NCBI GenBank assembly: GCA_003526375.1
Contig: DPDG01000052.1
Span: 4,139 to 68,138 of the forward strand
DNA: 64,000 nucleotides
Direction: 5' to 3'
DNA from: Lentisphaeria bacterium
Lineage (GTDB): Bacteria > Verrucomicrobiota > Lentisphaeria > Victivallales > UBA1829
Part shown: piece by piece, positions 47,428 to 57,500 of the stretch
Position numbering within the stretch: position 1 is the stretch's first letter
Layout of the letters: the number at the start of each line of letters is the position of its first letter
Notes under the pieces: generated by a model
Database searches by the model: none
The model's input: the letters and a program-made list of their open reading frames with translations, nothing else
Told to the model about the DNA's origin: nothing
Made by a program: the position numbers and the translations under genes

Positions 47428-49386
47428 TCATCCCACGGCGATTCCGCTGGGGAAATCGCCGCCGTCGATGGTCGCAAGCTTGAGCGTGTCGCCGGTTTTT
47501 GCAGCGAGAAGCATTCCGAATGACTCGATGCCGCGGATTTTCGCCGGTTTGAGGTTTGCCACGACAATGATGATCTTGCCGACCAGTTCCTCCGGCCTGT
47601 AATGTTTCGCAATACCGGAAACGATTTGGCGGGTTTCATTGCCGAGCTCGATTTTGAGCTTGAGAAGCTTGTCCGCGCCTTCCACCTTTTCCGCCTCCAG
47701 GACTTTTGCCGTCTTCAGCTGCGTCTTGAAGAATTCGTCAATCGTGACCATATTTTCTCCGACGGCAACGGTTTCCGTCCTGACCGCCTCCGGTTTCGGC
47801 TTTGCCTTCTTGCCTTCCGCCTTGAGCTGTGCCATCGGATCTTCGATGACGATTCTCGGAAAGAGCGCCTCGATGTCATGCACCTGCGTGCCGAATTCGA
47901 GTGTGCCCCACTTTTCGAGACGCCCGCTGAAATCGGATTTTGCCGCGATGTCTTCGGGCAGTCCGAGTTTCATGCGGAACTCTTTCATTTTGCAGGGCAT
48001 GACCGGAAGCAGGAGGCCCGATACAATGCGCAGGGTTTCGGACGCAGTGTAAAGAACCGTCGCCAAACGCTCCATGTTGCCCTGTTTGGCAAGGGTCCAC
48101 GGAGCGGTTTTCTCCATATAGCGGTTTGCCGCGCGGACTACGTTCATGACGTGTTCAAGCCCGCGGTCGATTTTCATGTTTTCGACCGCATTGCGCATGA
48201 GCCCGATGGAGGCGATCGCCTGATCCTTGAGTTCCAGATCGACGTCCTCAAGATTGCCCGGCCTGGGCACGCGCCCGTCGAAATATTTGATCGTGAGCTT
48301 GACTGCGCGGCTCAGCATGTTGCCGAGGTCGTTGGCAAGATCGCTGTTGTAACGCTTGATGAAAGACGCCTGCGTGAACGAGGCGTCGCTTCCGAGCACC
48401 ATTTCCGCCATGAGGCAGTAACGGAACGCGTCCACGCCGAAAAGATTCATCATGTCCATCGGGTTGACGACGTTGCCGAGCGACTTGCTCATTTTGTCCT
48501 GTCCGCTGAGCCACCAGCCGTGTGCGAAAATGGATTTCGGCATCGGGAGTCCCATTGCCTTGAGCATCGTGGGCCAGTAGACGGTATGCGTGGTCAGGAT
48601 GTCCTTGCCGATCAGGTGATGTGCGCCGGACCACCATTTGCGGAACTTCTCATCGTCCGTGCCGTAGCCGATGGCGGAAATGTAGTTGATCAGCGCGTCG
48701 AACCAGACGTAGCAGACATAATCCTTGTCGAACGGGAGCTCAATTCCCCAGGACAGACGCGATTTCGGGCGCGAGATGCAGAGGTCTCCCAGCGGTTTGC
48801 GGAGAAAGCCGAGGGTCTCGTTGGAACGGTATTCCGGCATGATGAATCCCGGATGCGTCTTGATGTAATCAATAAGCCAGTCCTGATACTGACTCATTCT
48901 GAAGAAATAGTTGGATTCTACCAGTTTGGTCGTCGGGCGCCTGCATTCGGGGCAGAGCCCGCCTTCGAGCAGATCCTTTTCCGTGAAATAACGCTCGCAG
49001 GGGACACAGTAATGACCGGTGTACTCCGCCTTGTAGATGAGCCCCTTGTCGAAAAGCTCCTGAAGAATCTTGCAGACGATTTTCTTATGGCGCTCCTGAG
49101 TCGTGCGGATGAAGTCGCTGTTATGGATGCCGAGGCGTTTCCAGAGTTCCTGGAAACGGACCACGGTTTCGTCGCAGTGCGCGAGAGGAGCCATGTGGCG
49201 CTGTTCCGCTGCTTTCTGTACCTTCTGCCCGTGTTCGTCGGTTCCGGTCAGGAAGAAAGTGTCCTCTCCCATTGCCGCATGGAAACGGGTCAGGACATCC
49301 GCCAGCATGGTTGTGTAGGAGTGTCCTATATGCGGTTTGTCATTGACATAATAGATCGGTGTGGTTACATAATAGTTTTCAGACAT
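47428..49386 (-). CDS. metG: methionine--tRNA ligase with a C-terminal tRNA-binding domain
   Basis: HIGH block (PHIGHSYTT), KMSKS (DKMSKSLGN), and a C-terminal EMAP/Trbp111-like domain. Start at MSENYYVTTPIYY behind SD AGGAG. Confidence 0.95.
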   Translation of the reverse strand: MSENYYVTTPIYYVNDKPHIGHSYTTMLADVLTRFHAAMGEDTFFLTGTDEHGQKVQKAAEQRHMAPLAHCDETVVRFQELWKRLGIHNSDFIRTTQERHKKIVCKILQELFDKGLIYKAEYTGHYCVPCERYFTEKDLLEGGLCPECRRPTTKLVESNYFFRMSQYQDWLIDYIKTHPGFIMPEYRSNETLGFLRKPLGDLCISRPKSRLSWGIELPFDKDYVCYVWFDALINYISAIGYGTDDEKFRKWWSGAHHLIGKDILTTHTVYWPTMLKAMGLPMPKSIFAHGWWLSGQDKMSKSLGNVVNPMDMMNLFGVDAFRYCLMAEMVLGSDASFTQASFIKRYNSDLANDLGNMLSRAVKLTIKYFDGRVPRPGNLEDVDLELKDQAIASIGLMRNAVENMKIDRGLEHVMNVVRAANRYMEKTAPWTLAKQGNMERLATVLYTASETLRIVSGLLLPVMPCKMKEFRMKLGLPEDIAAKSDFSGRLEKWGTLEFGTQVHDIEALFPRIVIEDPMAQLKAEGKKAKPKPEAVRTETVAVGENMVTIDEFFKTQLKTAKVLEAEKVEGADKLLKLKIELGNETRQIVSGIAKHYRPEELVGKIIIVVANLKPAKIRGIESFGMLLAAKTGDTLKLATIDGGDFPSGIAVG

Positions 49387-49535
49387 GTTGGACTCCTCTC
49401 TTTTTTCATTGGGCCATAAGTGTTTAATATACTCCTCTTTTGTGTCAGGGGCAAATGAAAAAGCTTGAAGATTTGGAAACAAACGGTTATATTTCATGAA
49501 AATCAATCAGTAATCTAACGAAAGACGGTGAAATA

Positions 49536-51323
49536 ATGGATCATACGGCAAAGTCTCGCAATGAAATCGACCGGAACATGACATGGGATCTTTCCCGGCT
49601 TTATGCCGACGACGCCCAGTGGGAAAAGGATTTTGCGGAAATCGACGACGGAGTGAAGGCGTTCCTGAAGTTCAAGGGGCGTCTTGCCGAAAGCCCGGAG
49701 ACTCTGCTTGCGGCGTTTCAGGCGGATGACGAACTCGGGCTTGTGCTGGAGCGTCTCTATGTTTATGCGCATCTGAAGGCGGACGAGGATACCGGAAATT
49801 CCGCAAACAGGGCGCGTCTCGACCGCATCAGCGCAAAACATGCCGAAATCGGCGGCGAATGCGCCTGGTTCCAGCCGGAGCTGATTGCGATGGACGAAAA
49901 GGTCTTTGAACATTACTGCAACTCTCCTGTGCTGGCATTTTACAAACGCACGCTTGACGAAATCGGCAAGGAACGCAAACATACGCTTTCCGCCGCGGAG
50001 GAACGTATTCTCAGTATGAGTTCTGACGTGCTCGGCACTCCGTATAAGACGTTCTCCCTGCTGAATGACGCCGATCTCCGTTTCGGTGAAATTACCGGCG
50101 AGGACGGCGTGAAAACGGAACTGACTCACGGCAACTACATCAAGTTTCTGGAATCCCCGAAACGCGAAGTCCGCAAGGCGGCTTTTGAAGCGACTTATGA
50201 TACTTATGCCAGGTTTAAGAATACCTTTTCTTCGCTGCTTGACGCGAACTTCAAGACTTCCGCCCTGAGCGCGGAACTTCACAAGTTCCCGTCTGCTCTG
50301 GAGGCTTCGCTGTTTGAAGACAACGTGCCGCTTTCCGTTTACAACGGGCTGATTGACACGGTCCATGAGAATATGGGGTCCATTCATAAGTATTTCCGCC
50401 TGCGCGCCGAAAAGCTCGGACTGGAAACGCTGGATATGTATGACATTCATACGCCGCTCCTGCCGGAATGCAAGATGGAGGTCGAATGGAAGGATGCCGT
50501 CCGATATGTGAAGGATTCTCTGACGGTGCTCGGAGAGGAGTATCATTCCGCGATCGACAACGCATTTGAACAGCGCTGGATTGACATTCCCGAATGCCGC
50601 GGCAAGCGTTCCGGTGCCTATTCCAGCGGTTGTTACGGCAAGCCGCCCTATATCCTGCTGAATTATTCCGGCACACTGGACAGCGTTTTCACGCTTGCGC
50701 ATGAGCTCGGACACTCCATGCACTCCTACTTTTCCGATCGCTGCCAGGCGTTTCATTACGCATCCTATAAGATTTTCGTCGCAGAAGTCGCGTCAACCAC
50801 GAATGAACTGCTGCTGCATCATCACCTGATGGAAAACGCGCCGGACGACAGCATCCGCGCATATCTCCTGAACCATCTTGCCGATGAGGTGCGCGGGACG
50901 GTTTTCCGCCAGACCATGTTCGCGGAATTCGAGCGAGACATGTCCGCACTCTCCGAAGCCGGAACGCCGCTGACCGCCGATCTCCTGTCCGAAAAATATT
51001 TTGCCCTGAATGCCCGGTATCACGGCGACGCCGTCCGGCCGGATGACCGGATCCGCTGGGAGTGGGCGCGCATTCCGCATTTCTATTATGATTTCTATGT
51101 CTATAAATATGCGACCGGTTTTTCCGCCGCCGTCGCATTGTCGAAAAAGATTCTTGCCGGAGAGATCGAGCCCTACATGGGATTCCTGAAAGCCGGTGAT
51201 TCCAAAGATGTGCTCGACATCATGAAGGATGCGGGTGTTGATTTTTATACAGGGAAACCGGTTGAGGCGTGTATGCGTTTCTTCGACGGGACAGTCGACC
51301 GGCTTGCAGAGATCATGAAATGA
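49536..51323 (+). CDS. pepF: oligoendopeptidase F (M3B)
   Basis: Zinc motif HELGHSMH; 595 aa. Confidence 0.85.
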   Translation: MDHTAKSRNEIDRNMTWDLSRLYADDAQWEKDFAEIDDGVKAFLKFKGRLAESPETLLAAFQADDELGLVLERLYVYAHLKADEDTGNSANRARLDRISAKHAEIGGECAWFQPELIAMDEKVFEHYCNSPVLAFYKRTLDEIGKERKHTLSAAEERILSMSSDVLGTPYKTFSLLNDADLRFGEITGEDGVKTELTHGNYIKFLESPKREVRKAAFEATYDTYARFKNTFSSLLDANFKTSALSAELHKFPSALEASLFEDNVPLSVYNGLIDTVHENMGSIHKYFRLRAEKLGLETLDMYDIHTPLLPECKMEVEWKDAVRYVKDSLTVLGEEYHSAIDNAFEQRWIDIPECRGKRSGAYSSGCYGKPPYILLNYSGTLDSVFTLAHELGHSMHSYFSDRCQAFHYASYKIFVAEVASTTNELLLHHHLMENAPDDSIRAYLLNHLADEVRGTVFRQTMFAEFERDMSALSEAGTPLTADLLSEKYFALNARYHGDAVRPDDRIRWEWARIPHFYYDFYVYKYATGFSAAVALSKKILAGEIEPYMGFLKAGDSKDVLDIMKDAGVDFYTGKPVEACMRFFDGTVDRLAEIMK

Positions 51324-51368
51324 AAATTGTGCTTTGCATACTAATAAAGTCGCAGCAGAATCGTCTGA

Positions 51369-51902
51369 ATGAATAGAGGTACTTACAGCGAGGAAGAAAT
51401 TGAGGCGCTGATCACGGGAACCGAACGCGGGCTGATCCGTTTTGCCATGCGTTACCTGAAAGACCACGCGGGTGCGTGCGATGCCGTGCAGGATGCCTAT
51501 ATCAGGTATGTGAGGTTCCTGCAGGGACCTCCGCCGGGCGTGGTGGAGAATCCCGGCGCATGGCTGTTCCGGACGACACGGAATATCTGTCTTGACATTC
51601 TCAAGTCGGCGCGGATGCGTCTGAACGTGAGTCTGGATGCAGAGCCTGATTCCGGGGGCGGAGCCGTGACGCCGGGGGCGGATGCGGCATCGGTCCGCAA
51701 GGATGATGTTGCGCTGGCGCGTTCCCTGTTTGAATCGTTGAATGAGCGGGAACGGGAAATTGTCATTCTGAAAATGGAACATGATAAGTCTTATAAGGAG
51801 ATCGCTGAGATCATGAACCTGACCGTCTCAAACGTCGGTTTCATTCTGCACGGAGCCTTGAAAAAATTGCGGAACGCTTACAGGGAGAAGGAGCTCCTAT
51901 GA
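51369..51902 (+). CDS. ECF-type RNA polymerase sigma factor
   Basis: Region 2 (DAVQDAYIRYV..WLFRTTRNICLD) and region 4 HTH (KSYKEIAEIMNLTVSNVGFILHGALKKLR). Confidence 0.85.
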   Translation: MNRGTYSEEEIEALITGTERGLIRFAMRYLKDHAGACDAVQDAYIRYVRFLQGPPPGVVENPGAWLFRTTRNICLDILKSARMRLNVSLDAEPDSGGGAVTPGADAASVRKDDVALARSLFESLNEREREIVILKMEHDKSYKEIAEIMNLTVSNVGFILHGALKKLRNAYREKELL

Positions 51903-52732
51903 AAGAGTGTGAGAAAATCAGGGAATGGATGACGGCGTATCTTGCCGGAGAACTTTCGCCGGAGGATGCAGCGGTTCTGCGCGTCCATCTGGAGACCTGT
52001 CCGGCGTGCCGTGAAGAATGGAAGGAGCTTTCCGCCGCATGGAATCTGACGAAGTCTATGTTGGATTCGACTGCGTATGACGGAACTCTGCCGGACGGAA
52101 ACCGTGCGGAAATCCGCCGTGCGATGAATCCCCGCAGGGAGTTCCGTATTGCGCCTGCACTCTGGAAGATCGCCGCAATGTTCATGGTTTGCGGAGTGAT
52201 CCTGGCTGTTGCGGTCTATTCCGGCAGAAAGGATATCCCGCGAACAAAAATGGACGTGTTCATGAGCGCCGACGAGGTGAGGGAAAATGTCGCGGCGGCA
52301 AAGAAAGCGGCTTTGAACAGGGCGGAAGCGTCTGTTCCTGCTCCGCAGGTGAAGCAGGAAACGAAAATAAAAACTGTTTTCAGGAATAAAGCTGAGAAGC
52401 CGCTGTCGGAGCCGGAAGCCGCAGCCTGTGAGTCCATACCGGCTGAGCAGGTGCGTTCCGCCGAAAATGTGAGACGTTTCAAATCGAAGGCGTTGGTTGC
52501 AGGTGTTGCATCGCTGCAGCCGGAAAAGCTGACCTTGTGTTTCAAAGATTTACCGGAGATTGTCCGAAAAGACAAGATCGGCGTGGCGGATTTCTTCAAA
52601 CGGATGAAGATTGAATTGAATGTGGATGAAATCACCGTGAAAGGGGATTCTTTTGAAATCCGGACAACCCCCGAAACACGCTTGAAGATAGAATCTGTTC
52701 TGAAAAAAAAACGGGATAAACTGCGTCAATGA
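51899..52732 (+). CDS. anti-sigma factor (zf-HC2)
   Basis: The H..C..C motif (LRVHLETCPACREEW), one TM helix, and a start overlapping the sigma gene stop. Confidence 0.7.
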   Translation: MKECEKIREWMTAYLAGELSPEDAAVLRVHLETCPACREEWKELSAAWNLTKSMLDSTAYDGTLPDGNRAEIRRAMNPRREFRIAPALWKIAAMFMVCGVILAVAVYSGRKDIPRTKMDVFMSADEVRENVAAAKKAALNRAEASVPAPQVKQETKIKTVFRNKAEKPLSEPEAAACESIPAEQVRSAENVRRFKSKALVAGVASLQPEKLTLCFKDLPEIVRKDKIGVADFFKRMKIELNVDEITVKGDSFEIRTTPETRLKIESVLKKKRDKLRQ

Positions 52733-52981
52733 CAGCCTGTCCGTCATGAAGAAAATACCCCAAAACCGAATTGAAATCAATCGTTATCCCACCGCAGAAT
52801 GTAACGCCCGGTGTTATCGTTACATCACCCCACAAAAAAGTAAAATTGAAGAGGCAATATTCCTATTGAAAATATAGAGAGAAAGACAAGGATTTTTCTC
52901 TTTTATGCAGTTATATTTATGCAGTTGTATTTTGTGGTAAGAATGTTATATTATAGGCAATAGCAAATAAGGATTACGCGT

Positions 52982-53896
52982 ATGCCGGAAAACTTTGAAG
53001 TTTTATCTTCTGCCTCAGTGCAGACATTAAAACGCATAATCTACACCATTCGAGGTTTTCAGGTAATGCTGGACAGTGATTTGGCCGCGTTGTATAAAGT
53101 TGAAACAAAAGCTTTCAATCAGGCTGTAAAACGAAATATTGAGCGTTTTCCTGAATCCTTCCGCTTTCAGCTTACAACTGAAGAGTATCAAAACTTGAGG
53201 TCACAATTTGTTACCTCAAGTGGAGAAAGGGCTGGAGATGGGCAGCATGGTGGACGCAGATACCTGCCATATGTGTTTACAGAACAAGGTGTTGCAATGC
53301 TTTCAAGTGTTCTGCACAGTGAATTTGCTATTCAAACCAGCATCAAAATAATGAATGCTTTTGTGGAAATGCGTCATGTTATTGCTTCAACATCTACATT
53401 GTTCTCCCGCCTTGAAACCTTGGAACGGCGGCAAATAGCAGATCAATATGAAAATGATAAAAAGTTTGATCTGATTTTTGAAGCTTTGGACCGCAAACCG
53501 GAACCAGCTCATGGAATATTCTTTGACGGACAAATTTACGATGCATATACTTTTGTCAATAATCTAATATCCAAGGCTACATCTGAAATTGTGCTGATTG
53601 ATGGATATGTAGATCTTTCTGTGTTGGATATGCTTGCAAGAAAAAAATCCAGTGTTGATGTTATGATCGTTACTCATCCTAAAAACAGTTTGACAGTACA
53701 GGATATTCAAAAATTCAATGCTCAATACCCGACTCTGAAAGTGCTCCGGTCGAACAAATTTCATGATCGTTTCTTTATTATAGACCAACAGGAACTTTAT
53801 CATATCGGAGCATCTTTGAAAGATCTTGGCATCCGTTGTTTCGGCTTTTCAAAAATGGATGCCAGTCTGATTCCTGAAATACTGGCAAAACTCTAA
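52982..53896 (+). CDS. ORF6N (KilA-N-like) DNA-binding domain protein with a C-terminal HKD-like (HxRxxxxD) domain
   Basis: IYTIRGFQVMLDSDLAALYKVETKAFNQAVKRNIERFPESFRFQLT..LPYVFTEQGVAMLSSVL is an ORF6N domain. The C-terminus carries FHDRFFIID...GASLKDLG (53762-53785). Confidence 0.7.
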   Translation: MPENFEVLSSASVQTLKRIIYTIRGFQVMLDSDLAALYKVETKAFNQAVKRNIERFPESFRFQLTTEEYQNLRSQFVTSSGERAGDGQHGGRRYLPYVFTEQGVAMLSSVLHSEFAIQTSIKIMNAFVEMRHVIASTSTLFSRLETLERRQIADQYENDKKFDLIFEALDRKPEPAHGIFFDGQIYDAYTFVNNLISKATSEIVLIDGYVDLSVLDMLARKKSSVDVMIVTHPKNSLTVQDIQKFNAQYPTLKVLRSNKFHDRFFIIDQQELYHIGASLKDLGIRCFGFSKMDASLIPEILAKL

Positions 53897-54017
53897 TTTT
53901 TAAACTTACTCAACACGGTTTTACAAAATCAATAAGGTTATTTTCTATACCTAAATGCTTCTTGATAATTCCAAACGAAAAAATAGACCCAAGGTTACCA
54001 AATATTGTGATTTAAGA

Positions 54018-54046
54018 TTGAAAAAAACATCATCTGCGTGATATAT
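54018..54046 (+). promoter_or_regulatory. candidate promoter of the R-M-S gene
   Basis: TTGAAA-17 nt-ATATAT, about 50 nt upstream of the SD-preceded ATG at 54096. Confidence 0.3.
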
Positions 54047-54191
54047 TACCAACGATAAGGTGTAAAAGCTTGGCAATTGACATAGGAGCGTGATAATGAA
54101 CAACAGCAAATCGGTTGAACCAAACATCGCGGATCTGGCGAATGGTTGGTTGAAAGAATACAAGTAGGATTATAAACTTGAGCAGGAGTCT

Positions 54192-57100
54192 TTGAATTCT
54201 GATATAGACAAAGCTCTTGCAGATTACTATTCAAAAAGCGGTGGCAAGGGTGGTAATCGTCTAGATGCAAAGTTGCTGTTGAGAGATAAGAATTTGGATT
54301 TCTATCCGATTCTTATTGAATACAAAGGATACAAAGACAAACTGGTCAAACTTGATGCCAATGGTCAAGTCGATAACCGAACTGCCAAAAACGAGCCTAA
54401 TTTAAACAACATCAATTCTTATGCTGTCAACGGAGCTGTTCATTACGCCAATGCTATTCTGCACCATACTGATTATAGCGATGTCATTGCAATTGGTGTA
54501 ACCGGTTTCAAAGATGAAACTGGCAAACTTCAGTATGAGATAGGTGTATACTACGTTTCAAAAAGCAACTTTGGTATTGGGCAAAGTGTTGGAAAATACA
54601 GCGACCTGTCTTTTCTGAAAGCAGATCACTTTGATGCTTTTATTGAAAAAGTCAAAAATCTGCAATTAACTCCTGAGCAACTTGAAAAGCTCAAAGAGCA
54701 GCGGGAACGCGAAATCAATATCAGTCTTGTGAAGCTGAATAATGATATTTACCAAAATGAAAAAGGCTTGGGTGAAAACGACAGAGTCTATCTTGTCGCA
54801 GCTTCAATCATTGCGACTTTAGGTATTCCAGGTAAGGTCAGACCGCTTGAAAAATCAGATTTGAAATCATCAATCGAAAGCGGTGATACTGATGGTGAAA
54901 TTATGATCCGGAAGATCAAAGCATTTCTGGAATATAAATCTTTACCAAAAGATAAGATGAATTTCATTGTTCGAACACTTGAAAACACGTTGACCACCGC
55001 CAATATAAATAAGGTCGAGAAAGGCGAAAGCCAGTTGAAGCGTGTGTTCATAAAGATTGTTGATGATCTCGGTATTTACTACAAGATCGGATTGACCACC
55101 GACTTTACAGGCAAGCTTTTCAATGAAATGTACGGCTGGCTCGGTTTTACTCAAGACAAGCTGAATGATGTGGTGCTTACACCGTCCTATGTTGCAATAT
55201 TGCTTGTCAAGCTCGCAAAGGTCAACAAAGATTCCTATGTTTGGGACTTTGCGACCGGTTCGGCAGGCTTGCTTGTTGCAGCAATGAATGAAATGCTGAT
55301 TGATGCCAGAGATAAAATCAAATCTCCGGAAGAATTGGCGAATGCGGAGATTAAAATCAAAGCGCAACAGTTGCTTGGTATTGAGTTGCTGCCAAGTATT
55401 TATATGCTTGCAATTCTCAATATGATTTTGATGGGTGACGGTAGTTCGAATATTTTGAATAAAGACTCTTTGACCGAATTTAACGGACTTTATGGATCTG
55501 GCGAAACCAACAAAAAGTTTCCTGCAACTGCATTTGTTCTTAATCCGCCATATTCAGCACCGGGTAACGGAATGAACTTTGTTGCCAAAGCTCTTTCTAT
55601 GATGGAGAAAGGATATGCTGCAATCATTATTCAAAATTCGGCTGGTTCTGGTAAGGCTGTCAGCTATAACACTGAGATTTTGGGAAGCAATACTCTCTTA
55701 GCAAGTATCAAAATGCCGATAGATTTGTTTATCGGCAAATCGAGCGTTCAAACCAATATTTACGTTTTCAAAGTTGGCGAAGCTCACCACAAGGACAATA
55801 TTGTCAAATTTATTGACTTCTCCAATGACGGTTATACCAGAACGAATCGTAAAAAAGCCAGTATCAATCTCCGGGATACAGACAGAGCAAAAGAGCGTTA
55901 TCAAGAGGTAGTCGACCTTGTCCACTTCGGGAAACACAAACTGAATATCCTTACTGAAAAAGAGTATTACGAAGGTCATATAGATCCTAACAGTGGTAAA
56001 GATTGGAATCAAACAGCTCCTGTTGATACCAAACCAACCCTTGCAGATTTCAAAAAGACAGTCAGTGACTATCTCGCATGGGAAGTGTCAAATCTATTAA
56101 AACAAGCAGGGGAGTCTGACCGCCTTAACAAATTGTTAAGTCAGGTTGAGTGGGGCGAATATAAAATCACAGATATTTTTAGCGTAAGAAACACTCAATG
56201 TATTTTATCCCGCGATGTATTACCAAAAGTGAATGGGATTCCATACCTTTGTGCAGGTTCAGAAAACAATGCAGTATCTACCTATATAGAGTATGACACC
56301 AAGTATTTAGACAGTGGGAACTGTATTTTTATCGGGGGAAAGACTCTTGTCGTGACATATCAAAAAGACGACTTTTATTCTAATGACAGTCACAATTTAG
56401 CGTTATATTTGAAATCCACCACAAACGCCACGCGTGCAACGTATCTATTCCTTACTTCTTGTGTATATCAAGGACTAAAGCATAAATATACTTGGGGAGA
56501 CAGTATAAGTTATAAAAAAATACAATCTGACAAAATCAGGCTTCCGACTAAAAACGGAAAAATAGATTTTGATTTCATGGAGAGGTTTGTAGCTGAGCTG
56601 GAGGCTCAGCGTGTAGCTGAGCTGGAAGCTTATCTCACCGCTACAGGATTGAAGGATTATGAGTTAACCGTTGCTGAGCAGAAAGCTCTGGATGATTTTG
56701 AAAAGCAGAATGTTGCTTGGAAAACCGTGACTTATCAAGCTGTCTTCGACCATATAAAGCAAGGTCGCAGATTAAAAAAAGAAGATCAGCTTCCGGGGGA
56801 GATTCCATTCGTTATGGCAGGAACAACCAATACCGGCGTGGTCAATTGCATTTCAAATCCAGTTGCAAGCTTTCCGGAAAATTCAATAACCATTGACATT
56901 TTTGGTAATGCTTTCTATCGCAGCTACGCTTTCGGTGCCGGTGATGATACCGGTGTGTATTGGGATACCCAAGCTGACTATACCAGTAAACAAATGTTGT
57001 TCTTTACTTCATCTATGGAAAAATCCATTGCTGGCAAGTTCTCTTATGGCAAGAAATTGAGAAGTTCCCAAAGCCTGAACATTGAAATGTATGTCCCTGC

Positions 57101-57239
57101 AGATGGTGATAATATTGATCTCAACTTTATGGATACCCTGATTTCAGCAATTCAAAAACTGGTCATCAAAGATGTCGTAAAGTACAGCGACAGAAAAATC
57201 GCAGCAACAAAACAGTGTTGCAAGAGTAAATATAGATAA
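54192..57239 (+). CDS. single-polypeptide restriction-modification-specificity enzyme (type IIB/IIG-like: PD-ExK nuclease + gamma-class N6-adenine MTase + two HsdS-type TRDs)
   Basis: Nuclease-like D..(P)ILIEYK, MTase motif I VWDFATGSAGLLV and motif IV LNPPYS. Two TRDs are separated by the HsdS coiled-coil FMERFVAELEAQRVAELEAYL. The frame continues upstream to ATG 54096 but is interrupted by TAG 54165-54167. Confidence 0.8.
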   Translation: MNSDIDKALADYYSKSGGKGGNRLDAKLLLRDKNLDFYPILIEYKGYKDKLVKLDANGQVDNRTAKNEPNLNNINSYAVNGAVHYANAILHHTDYSDVIAIGVTGFKDETGKLQYEIGVYYVSKSNFGIGQSVGKYSDLSFLKADHFDAFIEKVKNLQLTPEQLEKLKEQREREINISLVKLNNDIYQNEKGLGENDRVYLVAASIIATLGIPGKVRPLEKSDLKSSIESGDTDGEIMIRKIKAFLEYKSLPKDKMNFIVRTLENTLTTANINKVEKGESQLKRVFIKIVDDLGIYYKIGLTTDFTGKLFNEMYGWLGFTQDKLNDVVLTPSYVAILLVKLAKVNKDSYVWDFATGSAGLLVAAMNEMLIDARDKIKSPEELANAEIKIKAQQLLGIELLPSIYMLAILNMILMGDGSSNILNKDSLTEFNGLYGSGETNKKFPATAFVLNPPYSAPGNGMNFVAKALSMMEKGYAAIIIQNSAGSGKAVSYNTEILGSNTLLASIKMPIDLFIGKSSVQTNIYVFKVGEAHHKDNIVKFIDFSNDGYTRTNRKKASINLRDTDRAKERYQEVVDLVHFGKHKLNILTEKEYYEGHIDPNSGKDWNQTAPVDTKPTLADFKKTVSDYLAWEVSNLLKQAGESDRLNKLLSQVEWGEYKITDIFSVRNTQCILSRDVLPKVNGIPYLCAGSENNAVSTYIEYDTKYLDSGNCIFIGGKTLVVTYQKDDFYSNDSHNLALYLKSTTNATRATYLFLTSCVYQGLKHKYTWGDSISYKKIQSDKIRLPTKNGKIDFDFMERFVAELEAQRVAELEAYLTATGLKDYELTVAEQKALDDFEKQNVAWKTVTYQAVFDHIKQGRRLKKEDQLPGEIPFVMAGTTNTGVVNCISNPVASFPENSITIDIFGNAFYRSYAFGAGDDTGVYWDTQADYTSKQMLFFTSSMEKSIAGKFSYGKKLRSSQSLNIEMYVPADGDNIDLNFMDTLISAIQKLVIKDVVKYSDRKIAATKQCCKSKYR

Positions 57240-57267
57240 TTGAATGATTAAAAATTAGGCTATTGAG

Positions 57268-57500
57268 ATGAATACAAAAATATCTAAAAAAGATCCCAGA
57301 GATGTCTTCCCTGTTTATTCTCGTAGCAAATATCATTCTACAGCAAAACGTATTAGGCGTGCATTAAATGACAAGCAAAATCCATCAGATGATGATATTG
57401 ACATCGTAGAAAATTGGCGTGCTTCGCATAGGCATATTTTGAATGTTTGGCAAGTTATTTTGAGAAAGCGAGCAACCGCAGAGCAGAGTTTTATGTCCTG
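57268..57500 (+). pseudogene. 5' fragment of a RelA/SpoT-domain (small alarmone synthetase-like) gene
   Basis: YSRSKYHSTAKRIRRAL....DIDIVENWRASHRHILNVWQVILRKR matches the N-terminal YS.S...A....NWRa.H..l..fq..Lr pattern I recall for stand-alone RelA/SpoT proteins. The synthetase domain is absent. Confidence 0.5.
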
